47,867 bases of DNA from Octopus sinensis (Eukaryota): NCBI RefSeq assembly GCF_006345805.1, contig NW_021834507.1:1-47867 (forward strand), read 5' to 3'. The position numbers and the translations under genes are program-made. The first letter of the stretch is position 1; each line of letters begins with the position of its first letter. The notes under the pieces were generated by a model that did no database searches, was not told the origin of the DNA, and worked only from the letters and a program-made list of their open reading frames with translations. This document shows, one piece after another, positions 24,330 to 36,885 of this stretch.

Positions 24330-24331
<2 letters not shown>
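23673..24331 (-). mobile_element. Young 5'-truncated R4/Dong copy: zinc-knuckle remnant, REL domain and 3' UTR
   Basis: CGDGQETINHIISSC-PVLAKKEYIHRHDRVGTYIHW...ANRPDIVVRD...FLIDVSIP...KLSKYKDLEIE...LLGTAHILRRTLSIQ*; one -1 frameshift in an A7 run at 24051-24057; (TTA)n both sides. Confidence 0.9.
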
Positions 24332-24390
<59 letters not shown>

Positions 24391-24400
24391 GTTATTATTA

Positions 24401-24444
<44 letters not shown>

Positions 24445-24486
24445 TATTATTATTATTATTACTGTTATTATTATTATTATTATAAT

Positions 24487-24779
24487 TGCCTTTGTACAGC
24501 TTCTAACACTGGAGATGTATTACAGTGTCAGCTGTTCACTACCAGTGAACTAAGGTAACACCTCTTATTTTTCGAGCACCTTCCGGAGTATTCGCGCTGG
24601 TTCCGAGCAGTGCGATTTTCTGCAAGTGCTCCACCCCTTTTGCAGCCCCCATTTGTTCCATGTACTTCTCAAGATTCTTGCTCACTACTCCCAGGGCTCC
24701 GACAATTATTGGTACCACAACCACCTTTTTCAATGACCACAACTGCTTAACCTCCCAAGCTAACCTGTCATAGCTCTCG
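24487..24779 (-). mobile_element. Short 5'-truncated R4/Dong copy (subfamily of 6742-7069)
   Basis: ESYDRLAWEVKQLWSLKKVVVVPIIVGALGVVSKNL...LQKIALLGT, frameshift, RILRKVLEK*; (TTA)n both sides. Confidence 0.85.
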
Positions 24780-25269
24780 ATTATTATTATTATAATAAAT
24801 GAATTCCATTAACAAAAGTTGGTGAACATTTGAGAAGCCTTTTCCCTGATTTAGAATTTCAGTTGTTGTCCCTCCTGCTAAAGCTAGCGAATCGCAGTCT
24901 CTTATTGATTTTTCTGTGATTCAAGCAGTTCTAGAATTAGAGTCTTCCATTGTGACTTATAATGACTAAAACTTATTCGCTTAGAATGGATACAGATAAA
25001 ATAGCAAAACAAAATGCAGATGAATGTGTGTGTGTATATTCCATTTAGAGATATTAGATTTCTATGGTTTCAGGTAAATTTATTTAGGCACAAGAATATA
25101 CACATTCAGTGAACCATACACCATTATATAACACAGGATAGCTTAGGCACACACATACACACACACTATACACACACACTATACACACACACTATACACA
25201 CATATGCATACATATAATATACTGTAATAATTACAGATAATACTACATATACGTACATATATATATATA

Positions 25270-25354
<85 letters not shown>

Positions 25355-26942
25355 TGTGTGTGTGTTCTCACAGGCACTAATGCACACACATGCAAAACAG
25401 GAAATGACACACTCTCTTGCAAGATATGTCTTGACAAAGACGGTGAGTAAAAGATGGAGGGAAAGTGCTTAAGCTCTATACCCAAGAGCGCCCTAATGTC
25501 AATAAATTTCTTTTATAAGATCCAATTTCATTCGCGTTCTTTCTTTCTATCTCTCTCTCCATCTCTCTCTTTAGTATTTTACTTCTCATAAAGTCAAACA
25601 TACATACACACAGATAATATACATATGTATACATAGATATAGATATATGAATGTATGTATGTATATATACATGTACAACTATTTGTGTGTATAAACGTAT
25701 ACGTGCACGTATATATACATATATATGGCCACCAGCACATATCGTAAATCTGGCTCTTTAATAACGAGATGTTCTACCGTAACATCAAAATATATGTAGG
25801 AATATGTTACAGATTTATGTATAATTTGTATTTGCCTTGCTCTCAAGTTTTATGATGAGGCAGTGATGGTGCATATACGCAGCGAATCGACCCACTAAAT
25901 ATAACAACTAATTCTCCGTTGTAGCATGGCTACATGTTCCATGATAAAACATTCGTTAGTGTAATCCTTTGTCAGGTCATTTGTGTGGTCCCTCAAGAGT
26001 GATACTGATAACAGGGAATCCAGTACAATAAGCTTGCCTGGTTATGATGGTTGCTAGAAAACCCAGTTGGACTAAAAATTAAAAAAAAACGGGTGAACCT
26101 AGAGTAGATTCAATTACTTTCTAGCAATAACAGGAGCCCTTAGACATCCTGGATTGGTGTCCGGCGTATTGGAAGACCACTGGCAGTGATACACCCCTTA
26201 GCTTTTGTTAAAGCATGTCTATAGAAAACCGCTTCAACTCTATGATACGTTTGCTCAATAATCGGCGGAGACGTGGTCTGTGAATTCTCTGCGACGGTCG
26301 ACAGTCGATGGCTAGATGATCTGTTACATATCACACTATTCCAAACGTGTGTATACATGTGACCTGGGACCACATGTGATCTTGTACTTCCACTGAAACT
26401 CCGAGCACGAACTCTACACCCCAACAGCGAATGACGAGTACGGTTACGGTGTCCGCATTATCCCCGAGTGTGGCCGACCGTCGGCTGTGGTCATTGTTCG
26501 AGAGGGGACAGAGTGAACTCATGAATCGGAGCCGTTTCAACCCACCTCGGATGTAGCCGCCAACAGTACAAACTCAAGTAAGGAATCCTAGTCGGTTTCA
26601 TATTGAAGGTCTTTGATCAGGGGCGAGACAAAGCTACAGAGTAAGGGCGGCGATTTTTGTATAGTTTACTTTGGGAGATAAGAATATAGAATCAGAAGTG
26701 AAATGGTAAAGCGACGTCGGGTACTATTTCATTTCACAGCAACACCAAGAACAACAACCTTAGCTATTAGATTTTGTAAGTAAACTTACTCATATAACAA
26801 AACAGTTTCAAAACACATTAAATAATGCGCCCTTGATATTCTCTCTCGGCAAACCGGAAACGCCTCTTGATCAGAATTTTGCATAATCAGGGTTTACCTG
26901 GAGTAAGCAACAAGAACCGCAAAATAAGGATAACGAAAGTTT

Positions 26943-26977
26943 ATACTACTACTACTACTACCACCACCACCACCACC

Positions 26978-27008
<31 letters not shown>

Positions 27009-27029
27009 CCATCACTACTACTACTGCTG

Positions 27030-27068
<39 letters not shown>
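26943..27068. repeat. (CTA)n/(CCA)n trinucleotide repeat
   Basis: Direct reading. Confidence 0.95.
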
Positions 27069-27069
<1 letters not shown>

Positions 27070-27520
27070 ACTAATATTTAGCACAAGGACACACAAATTT
27101 TAAAGAAAACCATTGAATCAGCCAAGGTACCAGTTTGATCTTCAACTTATCAATCCAGCTTTGATAAAAAAAAGGGGGGGGGCAGCGTTGTCTTAGCGGT
27201 CTTTGAATTGCGAACATGGGAGGAAGGAAGCTAATGTTGCGAGATATTTATCACGCTACTCAAAGTCTGATTAAAAAGTATCGGGACTGTTGCTATGGGA
27301 ACAGAGCTAAACTAAGCAGAGTGAATGACCTTCAACTCCGTCGCTCATGCGCACTAAGTCATAACGTTCTCGCTCAATTCCGATGTTATTAGTTGTGTTT
27401 GGTAGTAACGTGGGGGAGAGTGTGGTCATCTCACCACACCACAGAGGTTCCATCAGTGGCCACGGAAATGAAAACTGAGCCGATAATCTGCCTCAAATTT
27501 TACCCAAAGCGTAATCACCG

Positions 27521-27914
27521 TTTACTCTTTTACTCTTTTTACTCTTTTACTTGTTTCAGTCATTTGACTGTGGCCATACTGGAGCACCGCCTGTAGTCGA
27601 GCAAATCGACCCCAGGACTTATTCTATCGGTCTCTTTTTCCGAACCGCTAAGTTACGGGGACCGTAAACACACCAGCATCGGTTGTCAAGCGATGCTGGG
27701 GAGACAGACACAGACACACAAACATATACACACACATACATATATATATGCATATATACGACGGGCTTCTTTCAGTTTCCGTCTACCAAATCCATTGACA
27801 AGGCTTTGGTCGACCCAAGGCTATAGTAGAAGACAACGTGCCACGCAGTGGGACTGAACCCGGGACAATGTGGTTGGTAAGCAAGCTACTTACCGCACAG
27901 CCACTCCTACGCCT
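27521..27914 (-). mobile_element. SINE family 1, full length with small internal deletions
   Basis: Antisense collinear with 10696-11113; (TACTCTTT)n tail. Confidence 0.9.
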
Positions 27915-28014
27915 ATTATTATTTATCTTTCCTTTACACGTGATTGTGTCAACCGAGTTATGATATATTCAGGTCTAGGTACAGTGAGGTGCTTTCAGGG
28001 GAGAAGCGAAAGAG

Positions 28015-28170
28015 AAGAATCGACCCCAGTACGACAATGGTACTTTGTCGATCTAGAAAAATAAAAGGGATAAGTTGCTCACAGGCGGATTTGAACTCGT
28101 TGTACAACGAAACTGAACAAATACGGCACAGTATTCTCCGCCGCCCTGGCGACGCTGCTAAATCGCTAAC
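28015..28170 (-). mobile_element. Highly diverged SINE family 2 fragment
   Basis: AATCGACCCCAGTAC...GGTAC...GGCGGATTTGAACTC. Confidence 0.5.
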
Positions 28171-28255
28171 CCATGACTTGTAGTATTAAGATTCTTTAAG
28201 TTTTGGTAAATATTCTACTTTCAGGTCATTGAATAAAGCTTTCGTTATTGTAACC

Positions 28256-28330
28256 CAGTGGTTCTCAAAGTGGGCGGTATTGCCTCTCTGGGGCAGTGGA
28301 AAGTTCTAAAGGGGCGTTGAAGAAAAAAGG
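28256..28330 (+). mobile_element. Solo hAT-like terminal inverted repeat end
   Basis: CAGTGGTTCTCAAAGTG resembles hAT/Charlie-type termini; no partner end found. Confidence 0.4.
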
Positions 28331-29044
28331 AGTCAGTAGATGTTCTGTAACAATCTTTATTAAATATCCAAGCAATAAATGATTTTTTTTTCTAGATGTG
28401 AAGAGTTGCAGTGTCTTTGCTTAACTGGCGGGGAACATCGGTTGAACTAAGTTGAGGTGATTAAATATACTTCTATGACTGAAATTGATTCCCACCTCAG
28501 TTTTCAAGTAGCTTATTCACTCAGTGATATAAAATCTTGCATTTCATGTTAAAAACCACACAATCATCCACATTTACTATGGATTTTTGACTTATAGATT
28601 CATTTACTTACCGTGCATTTAACGCAACAGGCTTTCCTTTTCGTATTTCTTTGTCTGTAATATCCAAATTCTTGGGACAAGATACCTATAAAATATAGAG
28701 AAAGAAAGAGTTGTTAGAACTTACGCAAACAACGAAATGAACAGCTACTACGGTATCAAACACACACGCATCGCAATTACGCAAAAGCAGATATGCACAC
28801 ACTCGTGCATACACACATATTACTGACGTCATAAGAATACATAAATTTTCAGGAGAACGTGAAATAATTTTTGTTTGGAACAGTGAGTCTCGCAAAACAT
28901 AAACTAAAAATAATAATATTTGGCTGAAAACCCGTATATTTCGAAAAACCGGAAGGTGTCCGAGATAGATTGACTGTTATATTTACAGAAAACGTGGATT
29001 CGTGTTCCACGGAAATTCTTATATATATATATATATATGTATTT

Positions 29045-29720
29045 TTATTCGTGTAACATCGTCCGTTTTCCGTCCCTGTGTTGTATACTTTCGAGGCTTT
29101 CTTCCAAGGAATCTAATGCGCTTGGCTTAGATTTCCCTTGGGGGCTGCCCAGATCGGAACAATCTCAAGATTGTTCTTGACTGATGACTGAGAGCTTCGA
29201 AAGTCCCGTCCGTGTTTTTTGTGTCGTCTTCTAATGTTTCACGTTCTTGTCCCAGTTTGTGCATTTTTTTACTTTTACATATATATATATATATATGTGT
29301 GTGCATCTCTCTCCTTCTCTCTCTTTTTCTATGTGTGTATATATATGTATACTTCCTAAATAAATAAATACTCGAAAATATTTATATAGATATTATTATT
29401 AATTATCATCATTAGTAGAATGGATGATAAGAACAATAATATAAGCTTTTATCAAACACGGCGAAATGGGAAAAGTTTTTAACCCTAGGTATATAGTGAG
29501 ACCTGATGATGAGAATTAAGGGAGGTAAGCTCTCAAAATTCGAAATCGATTGATCCATTGATATCTATTTCCTCATTCTACGGCTTTCTGGCGGGATGGC
29601 AAATTAATTTCTTTGCTCGTAACCCGATTTCGGTTATGCATGTTAAATTTCCCGTGATCTTTTACAGGATTTTCGACTCTGATTTTCACAGCAACGCTGG
29701 CACCTCGTGTGCCCTATTAT
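29045..29720 (+). mobile_element. Probable Penelope-like remnants with two decayed CTGATGA...GAAA motifs
   Basis: CTGATGA at 29181 with GAAA at 29199; CTGATGA at 29503 with GAAA at 29542 followed by palindromic AATCGATT. Confidence 0.35.
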
Positions 29721-29745
29721 AATTATAAATTAAATATAAAATTTC

Positions 29746-29780
<35 letters not shown>

Positions 29781-30357
29781 GTATGTTCCTTCTGTTCTCT
29801 CTGCTGGATTGCATGCACAGATGAAAACCAGGAAACTGCATGGTAGTATTTGACCGATATCGGGTTACACAATACGAGTAATGAAATCACGTCCTATTCT
29901 TCACTGAAAGCATGCATAGTGCATGCATTCAAATCAAAAGCTACAGATACATAGTGGAGCCCTGCGCTTCCTCATTGTAAGTGCAACACGCGCAATTACA
30001 ACGTAGTGAATATATCGACGGCGATATCATAGCTTGCAGATTGTAAAACAAGCTAATTACATTGTGAGCTAATACATACATCATCGTTAAATTCATCATT
30101 TGAACATTTTAACAACAAACGAAATATAGCGCTAAATCACGTTTAAAGTTTTTATTCGAAGAATAAATACGCTAAATTTCGTTAATAATGAAAAATAAAT
30201 TAATGTAAATGCAATTAATAATAAGTTGATTCTCTCTCTTTCTCTCTCTCTCTATCATATATATATATACGCGCACACATACATATATATATATATATAT
30301 ACACACACACATATAGATATATATATTTACAAATACATACACATATATGTATGTATG

Positions 30358-30390
<33 letters not shown>

Positions 30391-31312
30391 TCAGTTTATT
30401 AATAATTTGTATATATGTATATATATATATATATATATAAAGCTGTATATAAACAAGTGAATTTGCTTTAAAAATGAGAACCAAAATATATTCTTTTAAA
30501 TTGGCGAAATTATGAGTAATTTATGAGGCAATATAATACCAAGTCATATAATATGATATATTATGATATAGTTCACTATGTTATAATATTAATATGAAAT
30601 AACACGCGCTAATTATTAATTTCATTTGATAACGAAATTTATATAACTTTTATATTCTAAAATAAATTCCATGTGAATATTGGTGTTATATACAAGATAC
30701 ATATATATAATGTATGGTTATATATATTTGTGTATCTATCTATATATCCATCTATGTATCTATCTATCTATTTAGCTATCTATGTATGTATATATGTTTA
30801 GATATATTACACTTCCTTAAGAATATAAGAATATAAGAAATAGAGATTTGATGTTTCATGCAAAGTGCTTAGTGTTTTTAAATAGGAAGATTTCCATAAA
30901 ATCATTGGATACATGAAGAAGATGAGTTGGAACCATGCAAGATTTTTCTGAGATTTCCCTATTCAAACGGATAACAAGAATTAACATAGCGAGCCAGACA
31001 ATACATTAATAGACAGTGAAAAAAACCGATTTGCTTACTGGTTAATCCATCATGCCCGTTTGATCGTTGTAAGAAAGCATTAATATGAATGACTGAAAAA
31101 AATACAACCCTTCACAACTTGAGACACCATTACACTCCACAGTCGTTAGGTCTTAGTCTCTATTCGAAAACCCCACGTCAAGTATGCACCTGAATAATAT
31201 TTGAGACGCCAGCAGTCTAATCTTGGAGACTTCATTTGAACCAAGAATGCAGTTCCTTCAAAGATACCCCGTGTAAGTATCGCAAAATTTCCTTCAATAT
31301 TTGGTCACTTTA

Positions 31313-31716
31313 AGGCGGCGAGCTGGCGGGATGGTTGCAGCGCCAGGCGAAACGCTTAGCAGTATTTCGCATGTTGCTATGTTCTGAGTTCAAATTCCGC
31401 CGAGGTCGACTTTGTCTTTCATCCTTTCGGCGTCGATAAAAGAAGAACCAGTTGATGTAACCGACTTATCTCCTCACCCGAAACTGCTGGCCTTGTGCCA
31501 AAATATAAAATCAGTATTTAGCCACTTTAACGATGTGATGCTGAGCAAAATGCCTAACGGTATTAAATCCCTCTTTCCGTTCTGAGTTCTAGCGCCTCCG
31601 CAGCCGACTTTGCCTTTCATCCTTCCGGAATCGATCAAATTAGTACCAGTTGTGCACGGGTGTCGATGTAATTGAATAGCCCCGTTTCAGGCCTTGTGCC
31701 TATATTAGAAAGGAAT
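31313..31716 (+). mobile_element. Two tandem diverged SINE family 2 copies
   Basis: Core CTTTCATCCTT(T)CGG at about 31415 and about 31615; second copy lacks the head. Confidence 0.8.
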
Positions 31717-31802
31717 ACTAATCTAATTCATATTTAGTCCCCAAAGACGATACGAATGCACATGCATTACACTTATTCTCCGTTGTTTTCTATTATTCTT
31801 TA

Positions 31803-32226
31803 TACTCTTACTCTTTTACTCTTTTACATGTTTCAGTCATTTGACTGCGGCCATGCTGGAGCACCGCCTTTAGTCGAGCAAATCGACCCCGGGACTTATT
31901 CTTTGTAAGCCCAGTACTTATTCTATCGGTCTCTTTTGCCGAACCGCTAAGTGACGGGGACGTAAACACACCAGCATCGGTTGTCAAGCAATGCTAGGGG
32001 GACAAACACAGATACACAAACACATACACACACATACATATATATATATATACACATATATACGACAGGCTTCTTTCAGTTTCCGTCTACCAAATCCACT
32101 CACAAGGCATTGGTCGGCCCGGGGCTATAGTAGAAGACACTTGCCCAAGATGCCACGCAGTGGGACTGAACCTGGAACCATGTGGTTGGTTAGCAAACTA
32201 CTTACCACACAGCTACTCCTGCGCCT
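31803..32226 (-). mobile_element. SINE family 1, full length
   Basis: Antisense collinear with 10696-11113. Confidence 0.92.
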
Positions 32227-32969
32227 ATATTTATGTTTCTTTTATGAAATACACTTGGCTCTGCGTCTATAAATTACATTAGAATGATTACATAAGTGTT
32301 CTTTACAATCGATGATAGAGTATGTACACACGAAAGTTTGCGGTCTCATTGCTTGCGTCTTATGCGTCTATTTTTATTTTCACATCTGTACATATAGACG
32401 TTGTTTCCTGTATATTGTGATTCTTAACCGTAGGCAGCACCCACGCTCTCCAACACACACTCGCTTATGTATTTATGCATTTGTATATATATGTATATGT
32501 ATACACAGTTTTGTATAACAAGTCTCTGATTTATTTTGGGAAAATTTCATGCTATCTCATTGTGTCGGAGGTTGCAGATTTCTAAGAAATAATGATATTT
32601 GGATTAAGATTTCAATGTAGATGTTACGTTTGAAATATGAGTTACAGCATCTATTTAATCTTATATAAGTCATATGTTAAATATACACCAACATTACAAT
32701 ATATAAGGAATGTAATGTAAAGTCAATGGTTTGTTGTGTCTTTTCAATGTATCTGATGTTAGTTTCACGTTGGTTTCCAAAACCGGCGTTCAGTTGTTTG
32801 AGCCAAAGAAGTACGTATTCGTCAGGGTCGTGGAGTTAATGGTTGTGTAATTCAGAAGTTTGTTTTAGGGTTGACGTAAGTTCTTTTTTCTTTTTTTGAA
32901 TGAGAAGTATTGAAGCTGTGGCGAATGGATTACATCTTTTTGTGGATGGCAATTATTACTTTCTTTACT

Positions 32970-33120
32970 AGGCGCAGGAGTGGATATTTGGTTAGAAGTT
33001 TGCTTTACAATCACATGGTTCTGAGTTCAGTCCCACAAAGTAGCACTTTGTGAAAGTACCTGCTAATATATTTAGCTTGGGTCGTCCAAAGCCTTGTGAG
33101 TGGGTTTGGTAGAAGCCCGC
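32970..33120 (+). mobile_element. SINE family 1, diverged 5' half
   Basis: AGGCGCAGGAGTGG...GAGTTCAGTCCCAC...AAAGCCTTGTGAGTGGG. Confidence 0.8.
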
Positions 33121-33584
33121 TGTGTGTGTGTGTATATATATACACATGCATATTGAGCCACATTATCCAATATGACCTGCGTTTACAAGACAATGGTAGT
33201 ATAATTGTGACTGTTTTGTTCTCGGAGGGAGGTCTAGTGACCAGAAAGTAAGCAGAAGTAATCTGACTGATTTACAAAATTACGCTAACAGTCGTTTTGT
33301 ATGAGTTAATCCAGGAAGTGATGCTACTTAAGCTATTTTTGTTACATAAGGGATTGGACCTTTATGCAACCAATTACGATATATAATTTTGGTTTGTACA
33401 ACAATGGGAAGAAAATTGAATTCATACTTTATCACGTGATAGACTAAAACTACAGTATATTATTATACATAGCTGGTCACAATACATTTACGTCGTTTAA
33501 TTAACTTTTGAAAGAGGCTGGAGGCAAGGCGAGCAGGCCAACATTCTACCTAATCAAAATGCTGGTCCGTCGCAGGGTTAAACA

Positions 33585-33722
33585 TTTACAGCTGACCGGA
33601 TTGGAGTAACGCGGAATGTAAAGTTTAGCTCAAGGACACAACGCGTCACTCTGGCTGGAAATCGAACCGACAATTGCGAGATCGTGAGTGCGACGTCCTT
33701 ATCACTGGCCACGCGCCTTCAC
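33585..33722 (-). mobile_element. tRNA/CORE-type SINE head
   Basis: Antisense GGCGCGTGGCCAGTGATAAGG...GGTTCGATTTCC...GTGTCCTTGAGC. Confidence 0.65.
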
Positions 33723-34234
33723 AATTCAATTCATAATTGATAATATCTCAAAAGTGATTATTCGCATCGATAAAAAGTCTACATTAATCAGTTTTCAAGT
33801 TTCGAAGACTTAGATGTTGAGATCAAATTTCCAGCCAATCAGCAGAAACGTTACAAAAATGTGACAACTCGATAACACAATTGATCCATTGCAGTTGCCG
33901 TATTACGTGATTGAAGACCAAGATGTCTGCTGAAGATAACATGTCTTCGGTGGAAGCTGTTTTGTGGTTAAATTTTGTTTAAATTATGCCGTTCTTTCGA
34001 TGAAAAGCAATTATATTAAATTTTAAAACGTCACTGGAAACCGATTGGTTGATTTCACGACTGAGATTCAAATTCTGTTGCAAACAGAATGAAACAGTCA
34101 CCGAAAACTTTAAGTCACGACGAATCTGCGATCTTTTGTTATTTATAAACGTGTTTGTTTACAAAAACAATGCCATAACCGTATCAGGTTCTGGTCATGC
34201 TGCACTGGTTTGGCAGCGAGTCAACGATGGATTC

Positions 34235-34312
34235 TTTCAGTCATTAGACTGCGGCCATGCTGGGGCAAACCATGAGGAATTTTAGTCGAAAGAATCGAAC
34301 CCAGTACTTAGT
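34235..34312 (-). mobile_element. SINE family 1 tail fragment (similar pieces at 36055-36140 and 36515-36625)
   Basis: TTTCAGTCATTAGACTGCGGCCATGCTGG...TTAGTCGAAAGAATCGAACCCAGTACTTA. Confidence 0.65.
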
Positions 34313-34511
34313 TTCTTGTAGTCTAGCACTCAAGGGAATAATGGAGCGATGATGGATTTACTTGTAATGGAACTTCATTTTAACGACGAAAAAATAGACA
34401 CCTGATTACTTTTGAAAACAAAATACATTTAGAAGCTAGTTTCTACGTGAAACAAAACTATTGACATCTACATCAGTTCTGTTAGTTGTGGCTAAAAACA
34501 GTATAGATGCA

Positions 34512-34745
34512 TGTTTCTTTATTACCCACAAGGAGCTAAACACAGAGAGGACAAACAAGGACAGACAAACGGATTAAGTCGATTACGTCCATCCCAGTGC
34601 GTAACTGGTACTTAATTTATCGACCTCGAAAGGATGAAAGGCAAAGTCGACCTCGGCGGAATTTGAACCCAGAACGTAACGGCAGACGAAATACCGCTAA
34701 GCATTTCGCTCGGCATGCTAACGTTTCTGCCAGCTCGCCGCCTTT
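34512..34745 (-). mobile_element. SINE family 2 full-length monomer with a perfect 17-bp TSD
   Basis: AAAACAGTATAGATGCA at 34495-34511 and 34746-34762 flanks the element. Confidence 0.93.
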
Positions 34746-35366
34746 AAAACAGTATAGATGCAGATTTGTCCATTTGTCCATATGAGAAGCGCACAGAAGA
34801 TCACGATACTTTTTCTTTTCTACACCAGTTATAATAATGAAGCCTGCAGCCCTGACCACGATTTACATTTTTGTTACTTTAGCTTATATGTGGCATCATC
34901 CCTAGTTGGATGGATTACATTTATTCACCAGCTCTGAAACTGTTTGTGGATTCTTTGTGAAAGGGAAGAAGGTATCTTTCCAAATAATGGTCAAACTCGA
35001 GCGCTACATATATCTCTCTCAAGTGCTCGGTACATATTTCAGTTGATTTCATAACCTAGTTTCTTATTTGGGTTTGTCACTGTCAAGAGAAATCTTGAGA
35101 CGTGTTGCTAAATATCACATGTCCCGACTTCATGCACGCACATAGTCACTCCTTTAAAAGAAAGACTTTATTGTGCAACACGACGCTAGTAATTATACAC
35201 TAATTATTATCCAGGTGTATTTCATTGCTGCTTTGGGACAATTATGAAAATAGTCCTGTGTCGAAATGAAATGGGATATTATCGGAATTGGAGAGATTTC
35301 TACCAGTTCCAGATAATATTTTGGAACTGGTTAAATCGAGTTGCCAGAAAGGCAATTGCAAGCATT

Positions 35367-35444
35367 AGCCGAAATTGGAAGCCGAAATTGAGCCGAAATT
35401 GAACCGAAATTGGAAATTGCAAAAACATGAGCCGAAATTGGAAG
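35367..35444. repeat. Short minisatellite, unit AGCCGAAATTG (about 5 copies)
   Basis: Direct reading. Confidence 0.8.
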
Positions 35445-35744
35445 ATATCGCCATAAGCTTCATACTATTTTAAAAAAATCGGAATGCAATAAACAGGAGG
35501 AGTATTTAGGTGCTCAGTTCTCTAAAAAATTGCAGCCGAACCTACTGCATTTGATAACGAGGGACGGGACTCTGATGGTGAGCGTTTATAACAATGTTTA
35601 TTGACCCTCTTAAATACCTTGTTTTACAGTATTAAATTCAAGGACTACACTAAATACACAAGCAGAAATAAAATTTATCACCCCATTGTCGATCTTGTTG
35701 AACTTTGTCCCAAATAAATACGAACAATCCTTTTTTTAACAACA

Positions 35745-35793
35745 CAACAACAACAACAACGATAACAACCACAACAACCACTACTACTACTAT

Positions 35794-35850
<57 letters not shown>
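35745..35850. repeat. (CAA)n/(CTA)n repeat
   Basis: Direct reading. Confidence 0.95.
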
Positions 35851-35852
<2 letters not shown>

Positions 35853-36812
35853 CGTCGTCGGTGCCGTCGTGCATTCGTAATTTTCATGTTATATTGATGA
35901 AAGTGAATAAAACTTAAGACAATAAATTGTCAAGGCTTTTATTTTCTGGTGGCGTCAGCGGCCATAAATATTTCTCATTTCGGGAGAATGGAGGGACGTC
36001 GTCAGAGAATTTTTTTTGCTTATAGTTTTATTTTTGAATGTATTTTAATGTTTATCTTTTGCTTGTTTCAGTCATGTGACTGAGGCCAGGCTGGAGCACT
36101 GCCTGGAAGAATCTTTAGTCGAATGAATCGTCTCCAGTGTTCTCTTCTTTTTGTTTGTTTGCTTTTAAACCTGGTGCTTTATTCAATCGACATGCTAACG
36201 ATTCTGACAGCCCGCCACCTTGCATCAAATGGACATTAAAATAAAACTGTACAAAGCTGTGTACAAGCTGTCTTTAGATGTATTTAAATTTTCTTCAGGT
36301 GTGTCTATGGAAGTAGTCTTTACAAACAATCTACGTTGACATCACACCTGTTGCATGGATCTGTGAAATAAACTTGGAAATGGCAAAGATATCACAATAA
36401 AGACGACCTTATATCACCACGTGAAAAACATGTTTCGACTTCAAAATGGTAATTCAACTTTGTCTCTGTTACCCTTTCTCTTCCTCTTACGCTATCTATC
36501 GTTCAGCTTCTACTGGTTTTTGTCATTGGACTGCAGCCATGCTGTGGAGTTAACCTTTAATTTTAGTCCAACAAATCGACCCCAGTACTTATCTTATTAA
36601 AGTCTGGCACTTATTTATCCTATCAGTATCGTGTACCGCACCGCGATATACATACAAAAAAATACCCTGTTGTTGATGTGAAATTCCAATGAAGGAGTCT
36701 TGGATCTAGGTTAGAAACCGGTTCTTTCTCTATCGGCAAGAAATCTTGAAATAAACTGAATAATGACATACATACATATACACACATACATACATACATA
36801 CATATATATATA

Positions 36813-36885
<73 letters not shown>

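Noticed and set aside
28824-28831. CRE palindrome TGACGTCA in a mildly CpG-rich stretch
   Set aside because: One 8-mer in 48 kb is near chance expectation and there is no gene start to anchor it.
31143-31272. Segment bounded by CTCCACAG and GTAAGT splice-like sites
   Set aside because: Stops in all three frames; a non-coding exon cannot be supported without RNA data.
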